A DNA stretch of 64,000 nt, from the IMG/VR virus record IMGVR_UViG_3300027333_000001. The stretch is one strand, 5' to 3'. The notes under the pieces were generated by a model. The model was not told the origin of the DNA and made no database searches. It saw only the letters and a program-made list of their open reading frames with translations. Of the stretch, positions 19,406 through 30,058 are shown piece by piece. The translations under genes were made by a program, and so were the position numbers. The stretch comes from a virus (lineage: Duplodnaviria > Caudoviricetes). How positions within the stretch are numbered: the stretch's first letter is position 1; each line of letters begins with the position of its first letter.

Positions 19406-19456
19406 GATTGATTTTAAAGACCTTTCCTATATCAACATATACCTAACACAAAAAGA

Positions 19457-20380
19457 GTGCTTAAAATGAGAGTTTTTTTAAATGGTGACTTTGAAGGATA
19501 TAAAAACTTTAAGGTACAGGAAACAAAACAACAAAAAATCTTAGATGGCTATGAGATAAGAATAGCAGATGGAACAGATAAAGATTTAAATGTAGATCGT
19601 TTAACAGAAGTGTCTATGTTTGATCCTAGTCCAATTTTAATAATTTTACAGAATGCACATAAACTAAAAAAAGAAGATTGCTTAAAGGTAGTGGAAAGTG
19701 ATCCAAACATAGAACTGATTTTAATAGGCACAGGTAAATTAAAAGCAGATAAAGGTTTAACAGTACAAACCATAGATACACCAAAAGACTTAAACGAGTG
19801 GTGTGCAGGATTTATTGTAGATGTATTAAAGAAAGAAGGATTGACAATAAAAGAAGATTTAGCCAAAGCTATTGTTTTAAGAATAGGTACAGATGTTGGT
19901 TATCTTTATAGTGAGTGCATGAAATATAAATATGCTTGCCAAACAAAAGAAATCATGCCAAAAGAAGTAGCAGGTGTAATGGCAATTTTAGGTGAAGAAG
20001 ATGGAACTAAAATTATAGATGCTCTTAAAAGTTTAGATGTTCGTGCAGTGGTTAAGAGTATGGATGATTTACAAAGAACAAAAAAAGATGATCCTACAAT
20101 GTCATTCGTAGCTGGCTTATTGACATATAATTTATGTTTATGGTTTGACATAGCTTGTTTATCGCAACAAGGAAAAGATGCTAAAGGAATTGCTGAAAGT
20201 TTAAAGATACATCCCTTTGTAGTAGAAAAATTTCATTTACCTTTTGTGAAGAAAATATCTTTAAAAAAAATAAGTGAACTGATTAAACTAGCAAATGACT
20301 GTGAATATTCCGTGTTGGCGGGGGAAAGAGATGCTTGGACTAGATTGAAGTGTGGAATTATTAAAATTTTGTTTATTTAA
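19457..20380 (+). CDS. holA: DNA polymerase III delta-like clamp-loader subunit
   Basis: SMF clamp-binding-like motif, AKAIVLRIGTDVGYLYSECMKY lid, IHPFVVEK collar; adjacent to holB. Confidence 0.7.
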   Translation: MLKMRVFLNGDFEGYKNFKVQETKQQKILDGYEIRIADGTDKDLNVDRLTEVSMFDPSPILIILQNAHKLKKEDCLKVVESDPNIELILIGTGKLKADKGLTVQTIDTPKDLNEWCAGFIVDVLKKEGLTIKEDLAKAIVLRIGTDVGYLYSECMKYKYACQTKEIMPKEVAGVMAILGEEDGTKIIDALKSLDVRAVVKSMDDLQRTKKDDPTMSFVAGLLTYNLCLWFDIACLSQQGKDAKGIAESLKIHPFVVEKFHLPFVKKISLKKISELIKLANDCEYSVLAGERDAWTRLKCGIIKILFI

Positions 20381-20453
20381 TATCTTCCCTTGTATTTTAC
20401 ATTAAGCCTCTTCTTAAAGTTTTGTGGTCTAGGTTTAATAGTAAATTACATAG

Positions 20454-22187
20454 ATGGAGAAAATCAAAATGTTAAATTTTTCGGATCATGCTCTTAGCTT
20501 ACTGACAAGCTATTACATGACAGATGGTGAAACTGATCCAAAGGAATCACTAAAAAGAGCAAGTCTTGCATATTGTGGTGGTGATTTAGAATTAGCAGAT
20601 CGTATTTACCAATATGCAGTCAATGGCTGGTTTATGTTCTCATCACCTATCTTGTCTAATGCTAGACTAAATGGTGATAAAAAAGCAGGCTTGCCTATTT
20701 CCTGCTTTTTGTCTTTTGTTGATGATTCACTAGAAGGTCTTATTGACCATTCTAATGAATTAAGATGGATGAGTGTTTTAGGTGGTGGTGTAGGTGGACA
20801 TTGGTCTTCTGTGCGAACAGTATCAGATAAAAGCCCCGGTCCTATTCCTTTCATTAAGACCATTGACAGTGATGTTGAAGCCTATAGACAGGGCAAAACA
20901 AGGAAGGGATCTTATGCCTGCTATTTAGATGTCAGCCATCCTGATATTATTGAATTTCTTAATATCCGTGTACCTACAGGTGGCGATACAAATAGAAAGT
21001 GTTTCAATCTCAATAATGCAGTCAATTTATCTGATGCTTTTATGCAAGCTGTTTTAGATGATGCAGATTGGAATTTAGTAGATCCACATAATAAACAAGT
21101 AAAAGAAACTGTTAAGGCAAGAGAATTATGGCAAAGAATTTTAGAAGTGAGATTTAGAACAGGTGAACCTTATTTCTTTTTTAGTGATACTGCTAATAAA
21201 CATTTGCCACAATCCCTTAAAGACAAAGGTCTTAAAATTCATGGCTCAAATCTCTGCTCGGAGATATATTTACCCACAGATAAAGACAGATCAGCTGTGT
21301 GTTGCTTATCTTCATTAAATATTGAGTATTTTGACGAATGGAAGGACACCAGCATTATTGAGGACTGTATTACTTTCCTAGATAATGTCTTGCAGTATTT
21401 TATTGATACTGCTCCAAAGCAATTACATAAAGCTATCTACTCTGCTATGCACGAAAGAAGTTTAGGTTTAGGTGCTATGGGTTTCCATTCTTATTTACAA
21501 AGAAAGAATATTGCCTTTGAATCAGCTATTGCTAAAAGTGTTAATATGAAAATCTTTAAGACTATTAAAGAAAGAGCAGTTAAGCAAACTGAAGAACTAG
21601 CTAAAACAAGAGGTGAGTATTTAGATGGTGTAGGTACAGGTAGAAGAAATAGTCATTTATTAGCTATTGCACCTAATGCAAATTCAGCTATTATTTTAGA
21701 CACATCACCAAGTATCGAGCCGTGGAAATCTAATGCCTTTACACACAGAACAAGAGCAGGCAGTTTCTTAACAAAGAATAAATACCTAGATAAGATTTTA
21801 GTAGAGAAGAATTTACCTAAAGAAGAATATGATTCTATTTGGCAATCTATCATTTTAAATCAAGGTTCTGTACAGCATTTAGATTGTTTAACAGATTACC
21901 AAAAAGATGTATTTAAGACAGCATTTGAACTAGATCAGATGTGGCTTATTGAACATGGTGCAGATAGACAAGTACATATTTGTCAAGGTCAATCTTTAAA
22001 CCTATTTTTTCCATCAGGTAGTGATAAAGCATATGTAAATGCAGTACATATTATGGCTTGGAAAAAAGGTCTTAAAGGTTTGTACTATTTAAGAACGAAT
22101 ACAGGTGTTGTAGCTGAAAAGGTTTCAACCAAAATAGAAAGAAAAGCACTCAAAGATTATGATGAGTGTATTGCTTGTCAAGGATAA
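20454..22187 (+). CDS. nrdA: Ribonucleotide reductase class Ia alpha subunit
   Basis: SSPILSN, PISCFL, SNLCSE, APNANS, GLKGLYYLR, C-terminal CIACQG. Confidence 0.95.
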   Translation: MEKIKMLNFSDHALSLLTSYYMTDGETDPKESLKRASLAYCGGDLELADRIYQYAVNGWFMFSSPILSNARLNGDKKAGLPISCFLSFVDDSLEGLIDHSNELRWMSVLGGGVGGHWSSVRTVSDKSPGPIPFIKTIDSDVEAYRQGKTRKGSYACYLDVSHPDIIEFLNIRVPTGGDTNRKCFNLNNAVNLSDAFMQAVLDDADWNLVDPHNKQVKETVKARELWQRILEVRFRTGEPYFFFSDTANKHLPQSLKDKGLKIHGSNLCSEIYLPTDKDRSAVCCLSSLNIEYFDEWKDTSIIEDCITFLDNVLQYFIDTAPKQLHKAIYSAMHERSLGLGAMGFHSYLQRKNIAFESAIAKSVNMKIFKTIKERAVKQTEELAKTRGEYLDGVGTGRRNSHLLAIAPNANSAIILDTSPSIEPWKSNAFTHRTRAGSFLTKNKYLDKILVEKNLPKEEYDSIWQSIILNQGSVQHLDCLTDYQKDVFKTAFELDQMWLIEHGADRQVHICQGQSLNLFFPSGSDKAYVNAVHIMAWKKGLKGLYYLRTNTGVVAEKVSTKIERKALKDYDECIACQG

Positions 22188-22193
22188 GAAAAA

Positions 22194-22409
22194 ATGAAGA
22201 AGATTATCTCTGCCTTATTACTTTATGATCTCAATAAAGATTTTTTAGATGCACATGAAAATGAAGATGTATCTGATGTGGATTTAAATGAACCTGTTAT
22301 TATTAATAAGGCAGGCATGATCTTAAGAAATGAAAAACCACTTATTAAGGTCTTACAGTCAAAAGACTTGGTAAATGTTTATTACCAATTGGGAAATGAA
22401 AATGAGTAA
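22194..22409 (+). CDS. Small hypothetical protein between nrdA and nrdB
   Basis: 71-aa ORF tightly coupled to both neighbours. Confidence 0.55.
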   Translation: MKKIISALLLYDLNKDFLDAHENEDVSDVDLNEPVIINKAGMILRNEKPLIKVLQSKDLVNVYYQLGNENE

Positions 22410-23376
22410 ATTACTAGAAACCACAATCACATATAAACCATTCCATTATCCATGGGCTATGGAATATGCTGAAAAACATGAAAAAATCCATTGGGGTACT
22501 TGGGAAGCTAAACTTCAAGAAGATGTTAAGCAATGGAAAAATGGTGGATTGACAGATCAAGAGAGAAAACATATTACTTCGATTTTAAGAATTTTTACAC
22601 AAAGTGATTGTGCAGTAGCAGGCAACTACTGTGATCAATTTATTCCTGTGTTTAAGAATAATGAAATCAGAAATATGCTTTTAAGTTTTGCTAATAGAGA
22701 AGGCACTCATCAACGAGCATATGCTTTATTAAATGATACTCTTGGTCTAGCTGAAGAAGAATATTCAAGTTTCTTATCATATACTGAAATGAAATCTAAA
22801 ATTGAGTTCATGCAGGAAACAGGTATTCACAATGACCATCCTACTTTAAAAGCTATTGGTACTTCACTTGCTCAATCTGTATGCAATGAAGGTATGTCTT
22901 TGTTCTCAGCTTTTGTTATGTTATTAAATTACCAGCGATTTGGCAAAATGAAAGGTATGTGTGAAATTGTTGAATGGAGTATTCGTGATGAATCACTTCA
23001 TGTAGAGGCAATGACTAAATTATTTCAAACCTTTTGTGAAGAAAATCCTAGAGTAGTAAATAATGACTTGAAAAAGCAAATCTACACTAACTTTACAAGA
23101 GCAGTAGAACTTGAAGATGCTCTTGTAGATTTGATTTATGAGAATGATGAGAGTGTGATTTGTACTCTTAAAGGTAAAGATATTAAAACCTATATTAGAT
23201 ACCTTGCAGATAGACGATTATTACAGCTTGGACTTAAACCACAATTTAATCAAAAAGAAAATCCTTTGGAATGGTTGGATTGGATTATTAGTGGAGATAG
23301 CTTTAAGAACTTTTTTGAAGGTGTTGTGACAGATTACAATGCAAGTGGAATGACAGGTGAATGGGGTTGGGATTAA
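22402..23376 (+). CDS. nrdB: Ribonucleotide reductase class Ia beta subunit (start revised to MSKLLE)
   Basis: YKPFHYPWA, QSD, EGTHQRAY (radical Tyr), EGMSLF, DESLH ligands. Confidence 0.95.
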   Translation: MSKLLETTITYKPFHYPWAMEYAEKHEKIHWGTWEAKLQEDVKQWKNGGLTDQERKHITSILRIFTQSDCAVAGNYCDQFIPVFKNNEIRNMLLSFANREGTHQRAYALLNDTLGLAEEEYSSFLSYTEMKSKIEFMQETGIHNDHPTLKAIGTSLAQSVCNEGMSLFSAFVMLLNYQRFGKMKGMCEIVEWSIRDESLHVEAMTKLFQTFCEENPRVVNNDLKKQIYTNFTRAVELEDALVDLIYENDESVICTLKGKDIKTYIRYLADRRLLQLGLKPQFNQKENPLEWLDWIISGDSFKNFFEGVVTDYNASGMTGEWGWD

Positions 23377-24464
23377 GATTTTAAATAGATAACATACTCG
23401 CAATATTTCCAATTCTTAATTCTTTTAATACCTACAATTTTAGCTGATGTAGGCTCTGCTAAAACTTCATAATAAATTGCCCACGGATCACCCATGTAAT
23501 GCGAATGAATATAATCTAGTGTTGGTCTTGCATCTAAGGCAATATCTTCTTTAGGTGGTCTTACCCAAATAAGCAGAATACTGCCACCATAAACAACTTC
23601 ATGTTCAGGATACCTATAGCTGTCAACAGCATCTTTTAAAGAAGACCAGCTTTTAATGCCACGAACAAGTATTTTAAAATATCTTTTAGCTTTCTCACTT
23701 AAATCTTTTTCTAAAATAACTTCTTCTTTACTGCCACAAGTGGTTTCAAAAGAATCTTCTAGTTCAGAATAAAAAAGTTCATTCACTAATGCTCTATACA
23801 GATAATGGTATTGACCTTTAGGAAACCTATTACCAATCTCTTTAATTCTCTTAATAGAAGAGAATGTGTGTTTATTAAAAGTTTGGTGTCCTTTTAAAGA
23901 GTACAGAAATCTTAAATCGTCTATGGATAAAAATTCGCTTTGTTCATATTCTTCATCATCATCACTAGGATGAATAAGTGATTTCAATTTTAAAAAAAGA
24001 TTTTTCTCAGGTTGTTTTTCTATTTTTGTACCCCAAGAAATCCATGAAGGTACTTCAGATAAAAGACCTTTCAAAGTGTTAGATGATACACTTCCATCAT
24101 AATAATAGTCTGTCCATTTATAGTTATATGTCGATCCATTTTTAGACACTACTAGAAGATACATATTACCTAATGGTGGATTGATAGGTTTTAAGACACA
24201 GGCAAAATAGCTATCATGTGCTATGCAATAACCACCTTCTACAATTTCATCATTTTTGATACCAAAAACTTTACCTCGACCATCTCTAAATTCAGAACAA
24301 TATTGTTCTGTCCAGCTATTAAGATCTCTTTCTGCTCTTGATAGTCTTGGATATTTCTTTTTTAGATCACTATTTGTCTTTAGGAAATCTAACTCAAAAA
24401 AATCATCACCATAAGTTTCTTCTATTATTTCTTTAAATTTATTAAATAATGTTATATCTGACAT
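23373..24464 (-). CDS. Hypothetical protein
   Basis: 363-aa ORF; no motif recognised. Confidence 0.6.
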   Translation of the reverse strand: MSDITLFNKFKEIIEETYGDDFFELDFLKTNSDLKKKYPRLSRAERDLNSWTEQYCSEFRDGRGKVFGIKNDEIVEGGYCIAHDSYFACVLKPINPPLGNMYLLVVSKNGSTYNYKWTDYYYDGSVSSNTLKGLLSEVPSWISWGTKIEKQPEKNLFLKLKSLIHPSDDDEEYEQSEFLSIDDLRFLYSLKGHQTFNKHTFSSIKRIKEIGNRFPKGQYHYLYRALVNELFYSELEDSFETTCGSKEEVILEKDLSEKAKRYFKILVRGIKSWSSLKDAVDSYRYPEHEVVYGGSILLIWVRPPKEDIALDARPTLDYIHSHYMGDPWAIYYEVLAEPTSAKIVGIKRIKNWKYCEYVIYLKS

Positions 24465-24510
24465 GACTGCACCTTTCTGTTTTAAGAAAGGTTTCTACAT
24501 TTAAAACTTA

Positions 24511-25314
24511 TTAATCTTCCCAATCATCTTCACTTTCAAAAGATGGTCCCCATTTTGTCATGTGCATACTTGAAATCTTATTTGTCAGATATGCTATTTT
24601 TTCTTTAATAAGTTTTAAAACATTACCATGCTTAAACTCATCAGATGTAATCACATACTGAAAAGAACTCATATTTTCTTTCTTTGTTTTTAAAATCTCA
24701 TCTACACTGTGATCTACTTTATCTAATGCACTTTGTAAATCTTTCTTAAACTCATCTACATTGTGCATTGGGATTTTATGGTTTTCATATGTCTTATTTA
24801 AGAGTGGTAAAATCTCTGTACTAAGGTAGTCAGTGTAATACTCATTATTTCTTGCACCTGCTACTAAACCATTTAAATATGACTCTTGTGCTAAATGTTC
24901 ATTATAGATTTCATCAAAGATAGGTTTAACAGAAAACTTTTGACACAGATCATAATATGTATTCTCAATCTCTGTATGATTGTTAGCTTTCTCTTTAAGA
25001 GAATTTTTAAGATACTCATTTACATAATATGAGTTATCTTCAATATCCCAATATTCCATTTTGAAAAATCTTTTGTTTGGCAAAACATAAATGTAAGCAA
25101 CACCTACTTTTTCAAAACCATTGTTTTTGTCATATAGATGAATTGTGCCTAAACAGCCATCACTACTGTTCATTGTAGTCATTAAACGATATGAACCATC
25201 TCTATGAGTTCTAGGTACAATGTATCTAGGATTGATGGTTATATCTTTAGAAACCTTGCCATGAAACAAGGTTTCAGAAACTTTATTTAAACTTGAAAAT
25301 TGCATTGGTAACAT
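24511..25314 (-). CDS. Hypothetical protein (probable early gene)
   Basis: 267-aa ORF, AAAGGA RBS, downstream of motif copy 3. Confidence 0.6.
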   Translation of the reverse strand: MLPMQFSSLNKVSETLFHGKVSKDITINPRYIVPRTHRDGSYRLMTTMNSSDGCLGTIHLYDKNNGFEKVGVAYIYVLPNKRFFKMEYWDIEDNSYYVNEYLKNSLKEKANNHTEIENTYYDLCQKFSVKPIFDEIYNEHLAQESYLNGLVAGARNNEYYTDYLSTEILPLLNKTYENHKIPMHNVDEFKKDLQSALDKVDHSVDEILKTKKENMSSFQYVITSDEFKHGNVLKLIKEKIAYLTNKISSMHMTKWGPSFESEDDWED

Positions 25315-25344
25315 TTAGAAATCCTTTTTATTTAAGATACCATT

Positions 25345-25373
25345 GAAACACTTAGGATTGAGATTTATTGCAA
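25345..25373 (-). promoter_or_regulatory. Conserved TTGCAA-N17-TGTTT motif, copy 3
   Basis: Minus strand TTGCAAtaaatctcaatcctaagTGTTTC. Confidence 0.65.
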
Positions 25374-25421
25374 CCTTATTAAAAATTCTTATGTATTGTC
25401 TTTTGAAAGGATGACAAAAAA

Positions 25422-25733
25422 ATGAAAGTTCGTATTGTGAAAATTTATGAAGATCAAAATGATCCTGCTTTTATCTTTATTGAGGCAGATATATTTAAAT
25501 CTAAACACCAGCCTATACCTGATGAGAGAATTATAAATAGATTACAAAAGAAAGATGCTTATGCTAAAAGCAGTCCTGCGAAAACACTAAAAAATAATAA
25601 TCTTATTATTCCCATAGAGCAGGATGAGATGATCATAGATGAAAATATTGATCTAAGTGATTTAGGTGTCTTTAATTATTCCTACTTATACTTCTATATG
25701 CTTATTCAAAATTTCTTTTCAAGACTGCTTTAA
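25422..25733 (+). CDS. Hypothetical protein
   Basis: 103-aa ORF with GAAAGGA RBS. Confidence 0.55.
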   Translation: MKVRIVKIYEDQNDPAFIFIEADIFKSKHQPIPDERIINRLQKKDAYAKSSPAKTLKNNNLIIPIEQDEMIIDENIDLSDLGVFNYSYLYFYMLIQNFFSRLL

Positions 25734-25821
25734 AAAAGTTTATCACATCTTTGAAAGTAAAACTAAAGACTTATAATATAAGAATACAAATTGTTTTTTA
25801 CATCTAAAGAAAGATAAACAA

Positions 25822-27912
25822 ATGCCATTTTATGTAGCTAAAGTCATGGGGCAAGTTTTTGCTAATGCTCCTTATTATGTTTTAAGGTGTATCGTTTATT
25901 CCGATACAAAATCCGAAGCTAAAACCATCAAAGGTAAAATCATTGGTAATACAGAAAGAGATAGCTATATCCTTTTTGAAGGTAAAGAAATTCAAGAAAC
26001 CTATCAAGGTGTTACTAAGCCAGCTATTGAAGTTTTAAGATCACCTATTGATCCAAAACAACTTAAAGGTCTTGCTTTAAATGAATGGCAAAAGCAATCT
26101 AGTCCTGAAAAGAATAAAACCTATTCCATCGCAAGCAATCTTGTTTCCTGTGGTATTAATCCTAAAATCTTAAATTCTATTTGGTCTATCATTTCAAGAA
26201 ATCCACAAGAGATTTTAGATAATGCTTGGCTACTTGTAGATTATGGTATTCCTTTTAAGACAGCTGATCAAATTGCCTTAACTCTTAATCCTACTTCTTA
26301 TGATCTTAAAAACACTAATCGTATGAAAGCCTGTGTAAAAGAAGCTATTCATCAATCTGTTATAGATGGCAACTGCTATTTAGACAGTAAAAGTATTTTT
26401 GAAAGTGTCTTAACTAACACAGGTGAAACTGATCCAAGTAAAATTGCTTTGCTTATTAAAGAAATGGTCAATGATAAACAGATCATCATTGAGAAAGCAT
26501 ATCATGGTAATGCTATTTACCTTCCTAATATTCATCGTATGGAAACAGATGTAGTAAATTATTTAACAAATCCAGATAGACGAAAAGGTCAAAGAGAAAC
26601 TATTAGCTATATTAAATCACATAGTAAATACGATTTAACAGAAGATCAAATTGAGGCTATCCAAAGAGGACTTGAACAGCCTATCTCTATTGTATCAGGT
26701 TTGCCCGGGACAGGTAAAACTACAATCCTTTCCGTGTTATGTTCTATCTTAAAAGAAAAGAAAGAAACTTTATTATTAGTAGCACCTACAGGTATTGCAT
26801 CTAAACGATTAGCATCTGTTGTTAAAATGGATGCTATGACTATTCATAGAGCATTTGGAGCAGGTGGTGTGGATGATGATAAGAGTATTTTAAGCACTTA
26901 TGAAGGTCTTATTAAAGATACTGATTCAAGTGTAGGCAGTGTCTTATCAAGAGATAACACTAGAGAACATTGGAATTACACACCTAATAATCCTAGACAA
27001 GAAACTATTCTTATCATTGATGAAGCATCTATGGTAGATCTTCATTTACTTTGGCGATTATTAAGAGGCATCACTTTAAATTGTAGAGTGATTTTTGTAG
27101 GTGATGTTGCTCAACTTCCACCTGTAGGAGCAGGATTTACTTTAGCTGATATGATGGCAAGTAATAAAATCCCATCTGTGCATTTAACAAAAATCTTTAG
27201 ACAAGGTGAAGGCTCAGGTGTTGTGATTGCATCTCATGATGTTTATAATGGTCTAGTACCTACATCTAATAATGAATTTATCTTTTTAAATAACTACTCA
27301 AACCATGACATTTTAGAAACTCTTAAATCTTTATGCCTGCAACTTGAAGAAGAAGAAATTGATTACCATATTATATCACCTACTCATCATGGTGATTTAG
27401 GATGTACAAATCTTAATAAAGTTTTAAGAGCAAAACTTAATCCTACTATTTCATCATCTGTATTAAGAATAGGCAATGATGAGATTAGAGAAAATGATAA
27501 AGTCATGATTACTCAAAACGATTATGATTTAGGTGTCTTTAATGGTGATCTAGGTAAAGTGTTTACGATTAGAAAAGATTGTGTAGATATTATTTTAAGA
27601 AGTGGAACAGGTAGCAATACAATGATTTCCATTCCAAAAGATAAAGTATCCAGCTTAATGAGATTAGCTTATGCCACTACAGTACATAAATCACAAGGTC
27701 AAGAGTATCAAGTGATTTTAATGCCATTGGTAAGAGAATTTGGCAACAGCTTAATTCAGAGAAATCTTATTTACACAGCGATTACAAGAGCAAAACAGAA
27801 AGCCTATTTAATAGGAGATATAGATGCACTTGCTTTAGGTGTTGCGAATACAAGTACAAAAGTAAAATATTCAAGATTAAAAGATAAACTTATTGAAAAT
27901 AAGTGTGTTTAA
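25822..27912 (+). CDS. recD: RecD2-like SF1B helicase
   Basis: GLPGTGKTT, IIDEASM, VGDVAQLPPVG, IFRQ, AYATTVHKSQGQE, YTAITRAK. Confidence 0.92.
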   Translation: MPFYVAKVMGQVFANAPYYVLRCIVYSDTKSEAKTIKGKIIGNTERDSYILFEGKEIQETYQGVTKPAIEVLRSPIDPKQLKGLALNEWQKQSSPEKNKTYSIASNLVSCGINPKILNSIWSIISRNPQEILDNAWLLVDYGIPFKTADQIALTLNPTSYDLKNTNRMKACVKEAIHQSVIDGNCYLDSKSIFESVLTNTGETDPSKIALLIKEMVNDKQIIIEKAYHGNAIYLPNIHRMETDVVNYLTNPDRRKGQRETISYIKSHSKYDLTEDQIEAIQRGLEQPISIVSGLPGTGKTTILSVLCSILKEKKETLLLVAPTGIASKRLASVVKMDAMTIHRAFGAGGVDDDKSILSTYEGLIKDTDSSVGSVLSRDNTREHWNYTPNNPRQETILIIDEASMVDLHLLWRLLRGITLNCRVIFVGDVAQLPPVGAGFTLADMMASNKIPSVHLTKIFRQGEGSGVVIASHDVYNGLVPTSNNEFIFLNNYSNHDILETLKSLCLQLEEEEIDYHIISPTHHGDLGCTNLNKVLRAKLNPTISSSVLRIGNDEIRENDKVMITQNDYDLGVFNGDLGKVFTIRKDCVDIILRSGTGSNTMISIPKDKVSSLMRLAYATTVHKSQGQEYQVILMPLVREFGNSLIQRNLIYTAITRAKQKAYLIGDIDALALGVANTSTKVKYSRLKDKLIENKCV

Positions 27913-27972
27913 TTTTTGTTATTTCATATAAGTATGTATGCCAATGCAAAACAACAACAAAGGAAAAGTCAA

Positions 27973-28311
27973 ATGGCAAACCAAGAAGAAATTCAAAAGC
28001 TAAAAGAAAAGTTAGCAGAACTCAAGTCCACAATTAAAGTAAACCAAATCACTATTTCAAGAGTAGTGAAAGGTCGTGCAGGTGATACCTTTATTTCTAT
28101 GAATGCAAACTATGGCAGTAAAGAAGATAGTGAAAACCTTGAAGGTCTTTCTATCTCTGATGCAAAACTAGCATCTTATCTTTTAGGTATGCAAGTAAAT
28201 GTGATTGCACATGAACAAGCCTGTGCATCAGGTATCATTACTTCATCTCAACTTGACAATGCAAAACAACATCTCAAATCAAATTTCAATAAACTTATGA
28301 CTGGTGAATAA
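27973..28311 (+). CDS. Hypothetical protein (start revised to MANQEE)
   Basis: AAGGA RBS before 27973. Confidence 0.6.
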   Translation: MANQEEIQKLKEKLAELKSTIKVNQITISRVVKGRAGDTFISMNANYGSKEDSENLEGLSISDAKLASYLLGMQVNVIAHEQACASGIITSSQLDNAKQHLKSNFNKLMTGE

Positions 28312-28313
28312 GA

Positions 28314-29018
28314 ATGATTATTGATGAACAATGGATTGAAAAGGTTTATCAAGACCTTACAAATATGGATATTCAACTTGATCATGATCCTTTAGAATTT
28401 GGACCCGATAGGCTCAACCTAAAGACAGCTGAAGTTAGAAATCTCTTATCAAGAGTAGAAAAGCTATTTATTGATGTATCTCAAAACTTGCATAAGTATA
28501 AAAGAGATTTATTAGTAAAGAACACAGAATTTACGATTGCTAGAAATCGTCTTATGGCAGAAGATCCTCATGTTCGTGCAGGTAGATCACAATCAGAAAG
28601 AGAAACACTAGCAGGCATTCGCTTAACAGATATGACAGTAGAAATGAAACATCTTGAAGTAGCAGTTCAAGATTTAGATGAAATTCTTAAAGTCATTAAA
28701 GCTAAACGAACAGACTTGAAAGATATTCAAGGCAGGTTGAAAGACCAACTTAAACTTTGTCAAGAAGGATTAGGTTTAGGTAGACGATGGGGCAAGTCAG
28801 ATAATGTTGTGAAAGTCATTGAAGAATTTAATGACAATTACAAACCTATGGTTGATGATACTACTCTTGATGCTGTCTTAAATAGAGAAGAAGTAAAACC
28901 AACACCTGCACCTAAACATACTGCACAGGATATTGACACATTCTTTTCTACAGATATTGAAACCACAAAAAAGAAAATTGATGATTTGGATATTGATGAT
29001 CTTTGGAATATTGACTAA
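28314..29018 (+). CDS. Coiled-coil hypothetical protein in the replication cluster
   Basis: Heptad-rich core, acidic C-terminus. Confidence 0.6.
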   Translation: MIIDEQWIEKVYQDLTNMDIQLDHDPLEFGPDRLNLKTAEVRNLLSRVEKLFIDVSQNLHKYKRDLLVKNTEFTIARNRLMAEDPHVRAGRSQSERETLAGIRLTDMTVEMKHLEVAVQDLDEILKVIKAKRTDLKDIQGRLKDQLKLCQEGLGLGRRWGKSDNVVKVIEEFNDNYKPMVDDTTLDAVLNREEVKPTPAPKHTAQDIDTFFSTDIETTKKKIDDLDIDDLWNID

Positions 29019-29054
29019 TATATAATCATTGTCTTTTTATGAAAAGAGTAAGCA

Positions 29055-29471
29055 ATGATTTCAAAAATTGAAGTAGGCAACAAACATATTTATTTTTCTG
29101 CTTTAGAGTTAGCTAAAAATCCAAACCAATTTGAAAATGGATTATTAAAAAAAGTAGTCGTCTTAAATGATGAAATCCTATATCAAGACATACTGTCTAA
29201 AAAAGATATTAAAATCTTTAATGAGAATGAAGAACTTTGCACAGAAGAAATCTTAATCTTAAATGACAGCAAACTACCAGAAATTGATCCTGCACAGCAA
29301 TATGTTTTATTTACTAGCAATCCTCTATTAATAGACAATCTGCATATAGATGAACTTTATTTTTTAGGTGCAGGTTCTATCTTAATAGCTTTAACAGAAT
29401 ATAAAGATTGTCTTTCATATATAGGCAATATGAAACAAGCTAGGAAAGATTATTTACTTGGTAGGTTTTAG
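29055..29471 (+). CDS. Hypothetical protein
   Basis: 138-aa ORF. Confidence 0.55.
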   Translation: MISKIEVGNKHIYFSALELAKNPNQFENGLLKKVVVLNDEILYQDILSKKDIKIFNENEELCTEEILILNDSKLPEIDPAQQYVLFTSNPLLIDNLHIDELYFLGAGSILIALTEYKDCLSYIGNMKQARKDYLLGRF

Positions 29472-29680
29472 CCATTATTTAAAGGTGCATAATAGACATT
29501 ATCTTTTATCTCAAAAGAACTGATAACCAATCGTCTAGCAGTAAATAAAGAAATGGAATGTCTAAGGTTTTTATCTATACAAGGTAGTCCATGTTTATTA
29601 TTAGAAACACTGCTAATAAAATAATTGCCTTGTGTACTTGTGCCTATGTTGTTATTAGTGTTTTCAAAAAAATAAAGCAT
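29468..29680 (-). CDS. Hypothetical protein (start revised to MLYFFE)
   Basis: ATG shortly after the stop of 29688..29906. Confidence 0.4.
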   Translation of the reverse strand: MLYFFENTNNNIGTSTQGNYFISSVSNNKHGLPCIDKNLRHSISLFTARRLVISSFEIKDNVYYAPLNNG

Positions 29681-29687
29681 ACAGATC

Positions 29688-29906
29688 TTATTTAAAAGGT
29701 GGAGCAATATGTAGATTACTAGCTTGATGCCAATTAGCTTTTCTTCTAGGATCAATCATTAGTCTAGATAAAAAGAAAGCAGTTGCTCTTCTAAAATTTT
29801 CTGGATGTATAGGTTTAGAAGTATTTTGATATGGTGAAGATATTAAGAAAATGAAATCAGCATTCCTGCGAACATCATTAGATGACATCTCAAAGTGAAA
29901 GAGCAT
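29688..29906 (-). CDS. Hypothetical protein
   Basis: 72-aa ORF with AAAGGA RBS. Confidence 0.45.
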   Translation of the reverse strand: MLFHFEMSSNDVRRNADFIFLISSPYQNTSKPIHPENFRRATAFFLSRLMIDPRRKANWHQASNLHIAPPFK

Positions 29907-30058
29907 TATATATTCCTTTTATTTTTTTAATCTTTTTTTTGTAAAATGTGGAAATCTTAATTTTAATAATATAAGATCATACAAGACCAAGCAAGATAAC
30001 GAAATGTTAATAAAAGCAAAGTCGAGTTTTTCTTTTAACAACTCTCAAGGAGTTAGCC

